Shown here piece after piece: positions 52,407 through 64,000 of a stretch of DNA of 64,000 bases (the stretch's first letter is position 1; every line of letters starts with the position of its first letter). Under the pieces are notes generated by a model. The model searched no databases. It had not been told where the DNA came from and saw only the letters and a list, made by a program, of their open reading frames with translations. The DNA is from Lama guanicoe (taxonomy: Eukaryota). The stretch lies in contig MU054323.1 of the NCBI GenBank assembly GCA_013239625.1, positions 1,984,001-2,048,000 of the forward strand. Reading direction: 5' to 3'. The translations under genes were made by a program, and so were the position numbers.

Positions 52407-54109
52407 TAGAAGTTGTGTGGTCTATCTGTGTTTATGTCTCTCTCACACATCATTCAGCCTCTTATGTACTTTACATGGGAATCTCCGCAGAAAACTGCCT
52501 TTACTTCTGACGGGGGATTAAACAGATAGCACATAAAACTTAGCCCTGAACCTACGAGTGCATTGAATAATGTTTTTAAGTTTATGGAAGCATGTCATTA
52601 GAATATTGGGTGGTCAACTTACTGCAGTAAATAATCATGAGCAGAGCAAGACGAGAAGTCACGTGTGGTGACAAAGCCAAGTGTGTGTGACCTGGCAAAT
52701 CACATGGGTAAGATGGATCCCCAAGATCTCACCACGGGCGCGGGGTGAGGTGGGGCGGGGGCTGCTCCACGGCAGCAGGGACTGCCTTCTGGGTGAGAAG
52801 CGAGGGTAGAGGGGCAACCCTTGAGCTGAGCACCCTGAGAATTCTGGGACCCCATCTCAGGACCCACAGGCTCATTTACCGCAAGAGCATATTTTTGCAT
52901 AAATTGTCAGTGAACAGAAACTTGGCAACTTGCTCAGGGAAATGACATTGTTTTGTCACAATGTGACACTGTCCAAAGGAGGAGCCTTTGAGAACATTTA
53001 GTCCCACTGCTTCCCACTGTGTCCCAGAGCCACACGCTTGATGGTCACCTTTGTCGTTGTTGCTGTTGACTCTTTAGGAGTCGCCAGGCTCAGGTCCGAC
53101 ACCCCCCCTTCCTGTCTCAACTCCTGCTTTTTATTCCCACTTTCGTCTTGGAGAAAGGGCGCCCCTTCCACCTGTGGGACTGTCATGTCCTCATAACGAC
53201 TTTCGTCCTATCCCTTACAACTCACCCAAGAGCCTGAGCTAACCCCAAGCCCTTTGTCTCCCTTCCTCTCTCCAAAGGAAAAAAATCGTATCTTCGTTTT
53301 ACAGAAAATGCAATCAATAGTCGTTCATTGAGCTCTAATTGCTGTACATGGGACACAAACATGGTATAAACAGGGCTCATGGGCCCTTCTCCAAAGGAAC
53401 CTCACATTCTAGGAGAATTAACAGAAATGTAAAAGGTAGAAGAATGCAGGAAAAGGCTGAGGATTCTAACTAAGGAGATGAAGGAAACTGAGATGGAAGA
53501 GGTGACCTGGATTTGGGCAATGAATGACAAGTGAGGTTTCAATACTTAGAATACAGTGGGGAATACCAGCCATCCAAGCCACCGGCAAGTGTAGAAGCGA
53601 TGGAAGCTTGGCTTCAGCTCGGGGGAGCTAAAACCAACGGGCTGTGGTCACGGAAATAGGAGTTGTTTTCTAGCAGACAACTTACTGCTCCATCATTTTA
53701 TGATGGTCCCTGGAAATGATGTCTTGTTTATATATTTTCTCCCCACTTTCCTCCTTAGAGCAGGAGGAAGCGGGCACCCTTCCCTACTACCTGGAGCAGA
53801 GACAGGCTCCTGGTAGGTGGTCAGTGAAGGTCAGCTCTGTGAGTTTACAGGGAAGAAAGCAGCAGTGGCTTCCTCCCACAAGCATGCAGCCATTCAAAGC
53901 AATCTGTTTTCCTAGGATGAGGTCCCGGTCTCAGAAGGGATGGGCCACTATATGGTACAGAACTGGGAACAGCCCCACAGCCCCCCTGTGTCTGTCCGTT
54001 CATTGACTTTGATGGCGTAAGCCTCTCCTTTTCAGTTTACTTTTAGGTTGTGGACACAGGACCAGAGCTTGGTTGGCCGAATCACCACATTTTCACACCA
54101 GTTTTTGCC

Positions 54110-54297
54110 AGTGGAATGATTAGTGACTCAAGCAATCCAGACCTTTGTTAACACATTGAACAAGGATGGAGATTGATTCCTTGTCTCTTTTTTAATAAAT
54201 GGGTGCTTGAAGTAAATTTCAGAATCACCAGATTGTGTGAGCTTTGAGTTTGGAAGTGTCCTTCCTCCCTTCCTTCCTTTCTCTCCCTCTTTCTTTC

Positions 54298-54330
<33 letters not shown>

Positions 54331-55070
54331 CTATTTTTGAGAAATTTGCAGTTCTCTGAATAAATAATCAAGGGGGTCTTTGCTGACAATTTGTCTTCTG
54401 GTTGAAAATGATCTCTGACTCAGACTGAAAAAAATCCTTGCGACTTTACATCATGTTTTTTTGTCAGTTGATAGTGTTAATACTGACACATAATAAGTAA
54501 TAAATATACGTTGACTCAGTGATTGCTCAACTGATGGGCAATGGAGTTGTCCTAGGGTTTGCATTCCCTTTATTTTTAAGACCACTCCTTCATTCCAAGT
54601 GCCCCAGACACCCACCCTGATAACAGCCGCTCCAATGTTCTCTGAAGTCCCACTGTCTGTCATCCATGTCCCCTCTCTTGTTAGAGAGTGGAGACACTGT
54701 ATTCTTTCTTGTCCACTCTGATCGCAGTGGTATTTGCTCTGTCCCTGCCAAAGAGTTATATTTCAGGCAGCCAGTTTTCTTGGTTTTGGCAAATCCTGTT
54801 CGATATTTCTCAGTTACAAACTAATGACTCATACTGCAGCATCTCCTGATTTCACATGAGCACAGCAGATTGGATTTGTTAAATGGAAGAGAGCTGGACA
54901 AGCAAAACTCATCCTTCAGAGTCAGTGACAATCTCTGTAGTTTGTAGTGCCATTGGCAAACCTGAAAGGAAAGGCAGAGGAAGAAGAAAAGAGTTTTTAA
55001 TCCATTTGGAACTGAGTAGTTTCGCCTGAGTCGGGTGAGGGATTATACTTTGTAAAAATTCTGTGGAATG
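54110..55070. promoter_or_regulatory. candidate AP-1/TEAD enhancer
   Basis: TGACTCA at 54124, 54416, 54512 and 54825; GGAATG/CATTCC motifs nearby. Confidence 0.4.
54262..54332. repeat. CT-rich microsatellite
   Basis: Directly visible (CCTT)/(CT)/(CTTT) run. Confidence 0.85.
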
Positions 55071-55075
55071 GTCAC

Positions 55076-56410
55076 TGTGCTTGTCAAAGCAGTTTTAACT
55101 TATTCAGTGGTAACAAAACCCCAGCAATCTCCGGGCTTCCAACAGCAAAGGTATGTTGCTCTGCTCACCCGACATGTCCAACCCTAGTCAGAGGACTCTC
55201 ACCAGCCCAGAGCCCAGGTGGACAGAGGCTCCTCCCTTGGCCTTTGAAGAAACAAAGAGAGACGATAATTTACATGGCTTTTTTTCACTGCTTCAGCCAA
55301 CAAATGACAGTTGTTACCACTGCGCATACTTCTCTGGTCAGAACCAATCGCGTGGTCCTCTTTGGCTGAAAAGAGGATAATGCAATGCTCTGTGCACTTG
55401 GAAGGAGAAAAGGACCAAATATTGGTCAATACCAACAGTGTCGGCAACATCTGCCCTTCTGGTCATCAAATGATTGCTTCACTTTTGTTCCCACGGAGAA
55501 AGCACTTAACCTTTCTCTCACAGTAGAACATCCAAAGTGTCATTCATTCAACCACAAGTGGGTCAACATCCAGGACACAGGGGCATGGATGGGAGTCTCT
55601 GCATTCAATTTAGCTATTTCTTCTCTTGATCCAAAGCCTCATGTATTAAAAAGGCAGTATGCAGTCATAGAATGGGGGCAGGTTTACCATCAAAAATACT
55701 GTTGCGTGGGAAGAGGAGGAATGAGGGCGCATAACTGCTGCTGAGCTGACAAGCCTGAAATCTAACTGGGGATGAAATGCTCTGGGGCCCCCTAACCTGC
55801 AGAAGGAGAATGTTCCTTCATTAAGCCCTGACTCTGCTCTCTGCAGGGACCACCCCTTAGTTCTTTGCTCACTTTGACCCATGGATCTGCCCTCTGGGAG
55901 GGTCTTGCTGTTCGATTTTTATCCCTCTTGGCCATCTCAGCAAGGGGCATTGGGTGTCCTAGCCTGTTTGCAGACTGAGTTCTCTTCCCATTGTTTCTGC
56001 ATTTAAACTGGTCAATACTTTCCTGAGCTGCTCTCTGACAGAACTTTGCCAAATGCTGCCACTGCTAGCGTGCTATTAACATCCTTGTTTCCCACCTGTC
56101 TCCTAGAGCCATCATTTCATTAAATTCACGATCTGCCTCTCACATCATTATTGGTAATCATTTTACAAAATGCTTTTGCGTTGTGTGCCAGGGATTATAA
56201 TTTTTTACCACCTCCAATATCAGTATCCTCAGGGGCTTCTTCCTACCATGAAATCTAAGCCAGTGCCACATATGTGAAGTCTCTCAGCTGATCCTCGCTC
56301 TGGGTCCCAATTTTATAGTAACCAGGTTAGATTAGGTTATGTGGCAATAATGAATTAACCCTAGAGTCTTAGTAACTTGATACATAAAAGTTTGTTTCTG
56401 TGCTCTTGTT
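55076..56410 (-). mobile_element. MaLR provirus remnant: 3' LTR (~55076-55449), MLT1-int (~55450-56313), partial 5' LTR (~56314-56410)
   Basis: Polypurine tract AGAAGGGCAGA (55460-55450) directly before TG of the 3' LTR; MaLR-type gggtcccaatttt junction beside the second LTR. Confidence 0.7.
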
Positions 56411-56724
56411 AAATGATAGCAACGAACTTCTCGTTAAATATTGTACATTCTGTATAATCTAAGGCACACTGTGTGGTGTCCCTGGATTTAGGTGGGAACG
56501 AGGGAAAACAGAGCTCACATTACTGGAGCATCTGACATATTTCAGAAATGGATGAATGTTTACATACATAAGAGATGTTAAGTACATACTCAAAGTCATA
56601 GAGTCAGAATTTGAACCCAGTTACTCCTGATTCCAAAGCTCATACCTTTCATACTTCCTTTCATTCTGTTGAATTTCTACAATGGCATTTTGGTAGTGTT
56701 TGGCACAGGAAAGATGGTGCTTTA

Positions 56725-56875
56725 CCGAAGTGCTTCTAAGACTGTTATGTGCACACAGATCACCTGGGGATCTCCTTAAAATGCAAACTGTGATTTCTAA
56801 GATTCTGTATGTCTAAGAAGATCTCAGATGACACTGATGCTGCTGGTCTATAGATCGCTCTTTGAAAGGCAAATT
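56725..56875. mobile_element. MER5-like hAT MITE
   Basis: agtgcttct...atcacctggggatct..ttaaaatgca...ctgatgctgctggtc. Confidence 0.75.
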
Positions 56876-57329
56876 TTTAGAGTATTTTTTGTAATAATCA
56901 AGGACAATCTTGTAGGAAACCTTTGCAGACATGAACAATCATCTAAAGCAATGTCTTTTATAATGACATCTAGAAAGACACTGTTTTAGATCACACATTA
57001 AACAAGTGTTAATTTAATAATATGTGTGTTTCATTTTCTGGGCCTCCTTGTAAGGGATTATCTGTGAGAATGTCATCTCTGGAGTTGTCCATTGCAAAAT
57101 TTGCACTGACCCTTTTCCTAAAGGGCAAACTAGAGTTACACTCTGCATAATATTTGACCAATATTTTCCAGGCTCATGTGTTTTCTAGTGTCATAGCTGG
57201 TAAAAAAAAAAAGTCTCATCTTTCTTTGACTATTGATAAGTTCTTGGGAAGAGTGTCTGGATAGTTCCAGAAAATGTAACAGCCTGTCTCTGACCTTCCT
57301 TTATTAACTTCCCCTTGCTAACTTCCACT

Positions 57330-57990
57330 GTCATGATGCCACGATCATTCTGGTCTCTGTGGTATGGCATTTCCTCCTGATGGTCTGGTCCAGATACTGA
57401 CACAAGAAAAAATACTTTGGAGTCGATACGTCTTATTTTATTTATATGATCCAGAATTTGCTCCTCCTTTGTCTGAAACATCCCTCTGCTTTTCCTATGG
57501 GAAACCATCCCTGCCCCACTCTGTGTGGACTGGTGGGACGTTTACGGTCCCCCATCCCACTCCTCACCCATGTGAGTGACCCAAGTTGGCCAATTAGAGT
57601 ATACTTCCCCTTGGCAATGATGATTGGTTCAAGGATAAACACATTATTCAACTATAATAAACCAAGGTCAGCCTTGAGAGTTGATTTATTTTCCCTGGGA
57701 TGGAAATTCACTCTTTCATTCAGAAATCACAAGCAAAAACCAAAATTATGAAAGCCTGGCGCTTCCTGGAACCATCGTCCTCAATCACATGAAGAAACAC
57801 ATTGCTGTATAAACTTTAAAAGAATTAAATAAACAAATGTATAAATATAAAATAAAAAAGAAGTCAAAGCCCACGTTATGCGAATGGAAATGACTTTGCT
57901 AAAGACTCTGGATCCAGCCTGGCCTTCAGCCCAATCCCTGGATCTCCCAGCACGGAGAGTTTGGATTTCTGTCACATTTCCAGAAAGGCT
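57330..57990 (+). mobile_element. LTR16/LTR33-like ERVL LTR remnant
   Basis: gtgacccaagttggccaattagagta..cccttggcaatgatgattggttcaagga; ends approximate. Confidence 0.5.
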
Positions 57991-58380
57991 ATGACTAAGA
58001 TCCTCCAGTGCTTCCCACAGCACAGCTGATATTCAACTGGAAGATTTAAACAAGCCTTTGCTGAAGGTTCACGGACAACAGCAGGGAAATAAACAAAGAG
58101 CAATAGCCAATTCGACAGTCTGGCTTATCTATCGTAGCCCCTCATGTTTATCCAACAGTCAACTGCAGCTCCTCGACCAGGATCCACCTGCCAGAGGACA
58201 GCAACCCCTCCACCAGAAAACCCCAAAGACCCTTCCAGAAGCTGAATCTCAACTACCTCTCCAGCCTCATATCCTGCCCCTACCTACCTCCCCTCCGTAC
58301 TCCTGACTGTCCTGGGTCGCCTGGAAATTCTCCACGTTCACTGAGACCTTCCAGGCTTCTGTATCTCAGCTCATGTTGTT

Positions 58381-58914
58381 TGTTGGCAAAGATTCTCCTT
58401 GACCACTTACCAGGCTTCTCTGAGCCTGTTCTTGACTCGGCTTCAACCGTGGCCCCTAACAACTGGAACAAAACATGAACATAGTTTCTTAGCACTCAAG
58501 GTCACATCTCTAAGATGATCCTAGCCCCTGTTAACGTGCCTGCCTGAGAAAACTCAAGACTGTCCAAAGAATTTATAGTTTGTTCAAGCCGATACCTGTC
58601 TCCCAGTCCCTGTGGGACCGTAGGAGCCTAACTTTGATAAGCTGATAAGAGTCAGTTGACAAACCTGGATGGGTTTCACGAGGACCAACCCCTCCTCCCA
58701 GCATTTTGTAATTTCCACTTCCCTGGCCCTCCTGAGGCTCTGTTCACTCCCCTCTCTTTTCTCCCATCCTCCCTCTAAAATGCCCCATCTCCTCCGTGCA
58801 AACAGAAGTTGAGTTCACGTCGCACCGGACTCTTCTCTCTTGCAATAGTCTAATCACTGACTAAAATCTGTCCTTAGCCTGTTAACTAATGTCAGGTTTT
58901 GTTTATTTTTGACA
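58381..58914 (+). mobile_element. MER67/MER31-like ERV1 solo LTR
   Basis: TGttggcaaagattctccttgacc...gcctgcctgagaaaactcaag...agttgagttc...tttgaCA. Confidence 0.75.
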
Positions 58915-59509
58915 CCCTCATCCTGGAAATCTCTTCCTTCACCCACCCCTTCCCTAGCTTGAAAATCCTACTCAACTTAACAGACAGCTTAAAAATTTCA
59001 CATCTCACTTACTAAGTCTACAGCCTGTGTCTTTCTCTGTATCTTACAAGATCCCTTGTATCTCATCTCAGCCCTCACTTACCTTCTTTGTTTTGTTTGT
59101 TGCTTTGTTTTTTTGTCTCCTTCACTGTAAGGAAGCTCTTTGGGAACAGGAGCTATGTATAATTATCTTTGGGTCCAAAAGCAAAGCTTAGATATGTCTT
59201 TTTGTCATTGGTGCCTGAATTGCTGCCTTAGAACCATTTTCCACAGATTTAAATCCAAATAATTTAGCCAGATCTCTAGATTCCTGCCTCTGGGCCTCTG
59301 ATTTTAGTAGAAATATAAAATAATTTATACCTTAGTGTGGCAAGAAGCTATGGTATCTCCCCTTCCAACACTGATTGTTTCCCCAAAGATCTGCCTTTTC
59401 TTTTTCTTTCTCTCTGTTTTTTTAACATTCTCTCCCATCTTTTTTATTCTATGAATCTATTTTAGAAAAAAATAGTCACTCATAAATATATATGAATGCA
59501 TTTTTTAGT

Positions 59510-59907
59510 CTTTTTAAAACTGATTTTTACTGAGGAAGCATTGGTTTATAGCATGTAAGTTCCACGTGTACGTTAACATTACTACTTCTGTATACACTTC
59601 TGCTTTCCTACCCCCTAAAATTTAATTTCCATCCATCACCATACAGTTGATTCCCTTAACCCATTTTGCCCTCTCCCCACCTGCCCCTTCCCCTCTGGTC
59701 ACAGGTACTCTGTTTTCTGTATCTATGTGTGTTTGTTTTTGTTTGTTTTAGTTTGTTCATTTTTTTTGCTTGTTATAGTCCAAATATGAGTGAAATCATA
59801 TGGTATTTGTCCTCCTTCATCTGACTTATTTCACTTAGCATAATGTCCTCACGATCCAGCCATGAAAGGAGATGAAATCTTGCCACTTTCAATGACATAG
59901 ATGGACC
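59510..59907 (-). mobile_element. L1 3' end with short 5' inversion
   Basis: Minus 3' UTR (atgagtgaaatcatatggtatttgtc...tcacttagcataatg) joined at ccagccatg to plus-strand gaaatcttgcca...atggacc. Confidence 0.8.
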
Positions 59908-62906
59908 AATGGTCTTTCTATAAAGATAGATGTCTGGGAAGACATATGTGCTAGTTAGGGTCTCTCCTCATATGCTGTGCTGCCTGAGAAGGGCCGCTGG
60001 GTGGGGCTCAGTGACATGGAAAATTCTGCCATATTTCTGCCCAGCTCAACTAACGCCCTTCTATATATATATATATTTACCCACACACACGGCAAACACA
60101 AGACACATGGCACATGTTACAACATCATATCCCTCCATGTCCTCACACACATCACACACCAAACACTCGCCGTCCACAGACACTCACACACAATGTATAT
60201 TGTACGTGCACACACACTGGGAGTGGAATAAATGGAGATATTTTTGAGACATATTCTCGAGAATGTTGGGCTACTCTAGTCAATGAGTTGTTTAAATAGA
60301 AATAGTGAAGTAGAGTGGAATCAGCAAATCTGCTCTTCCAGCCTTAATTCCTTCTGACCCACTCGAAATCCTCACCCTCCAGCCCCATCTTGTCTCCTTA
60401 TTGTGCCTGAAAGGGGTTTGGATTCTCCCACCTCTAGGCTTTTATTCACATTGTTTACTCAAGTGCCTTCCTCAATTCTAAACTCCTAATAAACATATCC
60501 AGTATTCGAGGCCCTGCTCAAAATACCCTAATTTGAGAAATTTCTGAGCATCTCAGTCTACTAGGAACCGAATTCTTATGGTGTAAATTAAATATCCATT
60601 TAAATGATTCATGATGTTTTCATGTTACAACAATTTGATTATAAGTCCTTGAGGTTGGGACCCTGTCTTGTATGTCCATACTTAGCGTTTAAGCAGTACT
60701 GCACACATCCTAGCTGCTCAGGACATCTGTAAGGACTAGTCGTCTCTGGGAGAAGACTGTGTGGCCTCCCCCTCCATCATGGTCTGTAATTCCCTGGCCC
60801 TTAGCCAGAGGCCTTCTTCCTTCAGACACCCTCTTGGATAATGGGTTATTAAAGGCATAAACCCAATGTCATAAATAACTTATCTGAGTCCCAATAAATC
60901 TGTATTTCATATGAAGCATGTTATTTTTGACAACAGGCCCAATTCCTTTGGAAATCACGTAGTAAGACATAAGGGAGGCATCTTCCACAGAATCGCATGA
61001 TGATTTCACATCAGACTCTTGTCAGTCCTCACTCAAAATATAACACATTAGCCAATCAGATACCACAACCTTGGTGGCTTCAGCCTTCACAACAGAAAGC
61101 TGCTTTATTCCTCTCTGTTGGGGCTGGAATTTCCACTGCCCAGAAGCCATTTGTCTTGAAGATTTCATTTTCAACATCAGTGTAGGAATTTAAAAAAAAT
61201 GTCATTTTAGCTCTGCACAAGATTGAGATAAATCAGGCTTTCTTCTTCTTCTTCTTCTTCTTCTTTGGGACTTCGTGGCCCTGGTGACCCTATAATGTGA
61301 GTGTCGGGGGAGGGAAGCTACTAAAAGATGCTGGGTTTCCCATGACTGAGGAATATAGGCACAGTTAATGTGTCTAGGATACAAGCACATTGACATAAAA
61401 AGCCCAGTGAATTGAGTAAGTCTAGGCGAGTGCATGGGTTTTCTGAACAGACTAATTGGTACCAATGTTTTCATTAGTCATCTTAAGTCTGGGAGCATTC
61501 ACTGCACTCTGACAGTGAGTTTTATACAGTTTTGTCTATGGAGAATGACTGCTCATTAATGCCAGCTCCATAATCAGGAAAAAAATCTAAATGTTCTTAA
61601 TTTATTTTCAAGTATCACAGAGCATTTATCCATTCATTCATTGATTTCACCAGTGTTTGCTAAGATGATGCATTGTGCCTGGGAGCTGCAGATACAGTAA
61701 TCAGGGATGCTTTTCCAGTATGCATAGTTCTGGGTAAATAATTTTCTGTATAAACTATATAAGTCACCAATATCAGAATGTCAGCAGCATTGGGAACACA
61801 ATCTCGTGCCATTCCATGAAAGACATACTATGCTGGCCAATGGGAGCTATTTCTTCCCAGGCTCCCTCTCAGAAATCTACAACAGAGCCAGACCACATGG
61901 CCCCAGGACATCTCCAACTGCCCCCATGGATCTGTTGGCCCAACCTGAACTGGTCTTTGACTCTGGAGGGGAACTAAGAAAATTTCCAGGAAGCCACTCC
62001 AAATTACGAGGCTGCTTGATGTGCAGGCTGGGGCAGCACCCTCCTGCTTGGGTCCAAGAGTGGTGTTGACACTGATGGAGTAAGTCGAGTTTCGACTCTC
62101 AAGGAGGTCTCCCTTTGTGTGCAATGTTCTTCTAACTCTAAGTGTCATGTAATAAAATAAGTGGACTCAAGTGTTATGGATGCCATGATTATAGCACATG
62201 TATGGTGCAGTGGAAAGTCAAAAGAAAAACTGGTTACAATTTGATCAATCTAAAGAGAACTAAGTAGAAATATATTTATGAGATTATAGAGTTGGGCATT
62301 TATGCTCCCGGGATGCCACTGAAAGATGATTGGGAAAATTATTTTGTTTGATTTGTCATGCTTTTTGGGAGTCTACAGAAACTTCACCATTCAGAACTGA
62401 CAATCTAAAATGAATCACACTGGTAATAAGATATTTGGATGCAGAGAAAATTGCACATTTGTGTTCCGCTTATGTCCACTACTTGCTAGCTATATGATGC
62501 TGGTGGAATTAACTCCTCTCAGCCTCTTCATCTATAAAATGGGAGTCGCAATATTTATTTCACTTATTATTATTTTGAGGCTTAAATTACAGATTTATCT
62601 GTAAAATCATGTTCATGGTATATATAAAAGTTCTTTTTTTTTTTGAAGCAAGAGCAATTATAGAAAATATATGGAAAGTATATTTTAAAAGAGAACGATC
62701 ATCTCAGTCTAAAATAGCAGCCTTTCCTATGAGCTTATGACTTCTAGGTACAGCCCCCAAAATGTTCATTTCTAGATCCTGCAGTAAATTTCGGGCTATA
62801 CCAGGATGGGTGGGTTTCCAGGCTGAGATGTACATTCCCTAAAGTTACGTTGGAATATAAATGTCTATCCTGAGCATCCAGACTTCCTCAGTGTCTTGGT
62901 TCAGAC

Positions 62907-63265
62907 TGTGTTAAAGACTAAGTATTTGCTTCCTACTCCCAAAATTTATATATGAAAATCCTAGCCCCCAGTGTGATGGCATTAGGAGGTGGAGCCTTCA
63001 GGAGGTAATTGGGTTGTGAGGATGGCACCCTCATGAATGCATTAGTGCCCTTATACAAATTACTTGCTCTTTCTCTTTGCTCTCCACCATGTGAGAATAC
63101 AGTGAAAGATGGACATCTACATACCAGCACGTTGGTTCTCTCCAGACACCAAATGTGTTGGTACCCTGACCTTGAACTTCCCAGCCTCCAGAAATGTGAG
63201 AAATTAGTGTTCGTTATTTAAGCCACCCAGCCTGTGGTCATTTGTTATAGCAATCTGAACTAAGA
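62907..63265 (+). mobile_element. MLT1A-like MaLR solo LTR flanked by opposite-strand MLT1A-like ends (62891-62906, 63266-63367)
   Basis: cccagtgtgatggcattaggaggtgg...cccagcctccagaa..gtgagaaa...gttatagcaatctgaactaaga; flank ttcaacatatggatttggggg..aacattcagtctacagca. Confidence 0.8.
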
Positions 63266-64000
63266 TCTCACAATCTCATCTAAACCTAACTAGTTCTCAG
63301 ATACTCCACCTTGTAATACCATTCAACATATGGATTTGGGGGAAGAGAAACATTCAGTCTACAGCATTCAGTTTCTAAATGTAGACTCAGACCCCCAGGA
63401 ATGAAGGCTGCTGGGAAGCAGAGGTGTGGAAGGAAGGCTGGGCCCATTACATTTTTTCAGTATCTGCAAAGCTTCCTCAGCGCCTGCGTCTGCCCGTGGA
63501 AAAGGCTCTGCTTCCCCATTCAAAGCCTCAGTCCATCCGGACCAGCCTAATCACCTAACCTGCTGCCATCCCCTAGTCTTGGAGCACAGCACAGCCTATG
63601 CCTGACGATAGGTGTGGGTGAGACTGGGGGCTGCAGATGTTAAAGCTGGGAATCAGGGCTCTGGGTGGAAGTTGAAGTTGGGGGCAGGAGCAGAGGGGAT
63701 AGACGAAGACCATTAAGATGGGAAAAGAGACCATTTGGGGAACAGGGAAGATATTGATCTGGCTCAAACAAAGGGTGTGATCAGGGAGGGTCGAGGGGCT
63801 GCTGTGGGACTTGGGAGATAACATCCCCACCCTAGACCTTGCCTCAAGGCCCTGCCCTCCCCAGAGGCTGCCTCACAGCAGAGAAGTCGGGAAGGCGCCA
63901 TCTTTTTAGCACCTCTGGATTTTACGCTTGGAAGCCTGGGAGCAAAGCACGAGGAAATTAAGAGAAATGTTTTGTGCACTTCCATAGAAGGGGCCACTGT

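Noticed and set aside
1..64000. Prokaryotic-type systems (CRISPR arrays, operons, defence islands) or intact viral genes
   Set aside because: Sequence is mammalian repeat-rich DNA; no regularly spaced repeats and no long ORFs.

Overview
Mammalian non-coding genomic DNA, most likely camelid (camel, alpaca or llama), judged from a vic-1-type tRNA-derived SINE and camelid/cetartiodactyl-type L1 ends. I recognise no protein-coding gene, processed pseudogene, structural RNA gene or CRISPR array, and none of the supplied 60-146 aa ORFs is credible. The window reads as intergenic or large-intron sequence, much of it interspersed repeats: L2, MIR, old and young L1, MaLR/ERVL/ERV1 LTRs, a near-complete MaLR provirus, and hAT elements including a Charlie4-like element with a fossil transposase C-terminus. 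Two observations stand out. (1) A ~350 bp TSD-flanked mini-L1 at 45863-46213 consists only of the L1 5' terminus fused to the L1 3' terminus. (2) A repeat-poor island at ~30.6-32.1 kb looks like a minus-strand promoter with CRX/OTX-, MAF/NRL- and nuclear-receptor-type motifs, driving a short spliced, polyadenylated transcript with a 57-aa smORF. Repeat family names were assigned from memory of consensus sequences, boundaries of old repeats are approximate, and regulatory calls are motif-based inference only.
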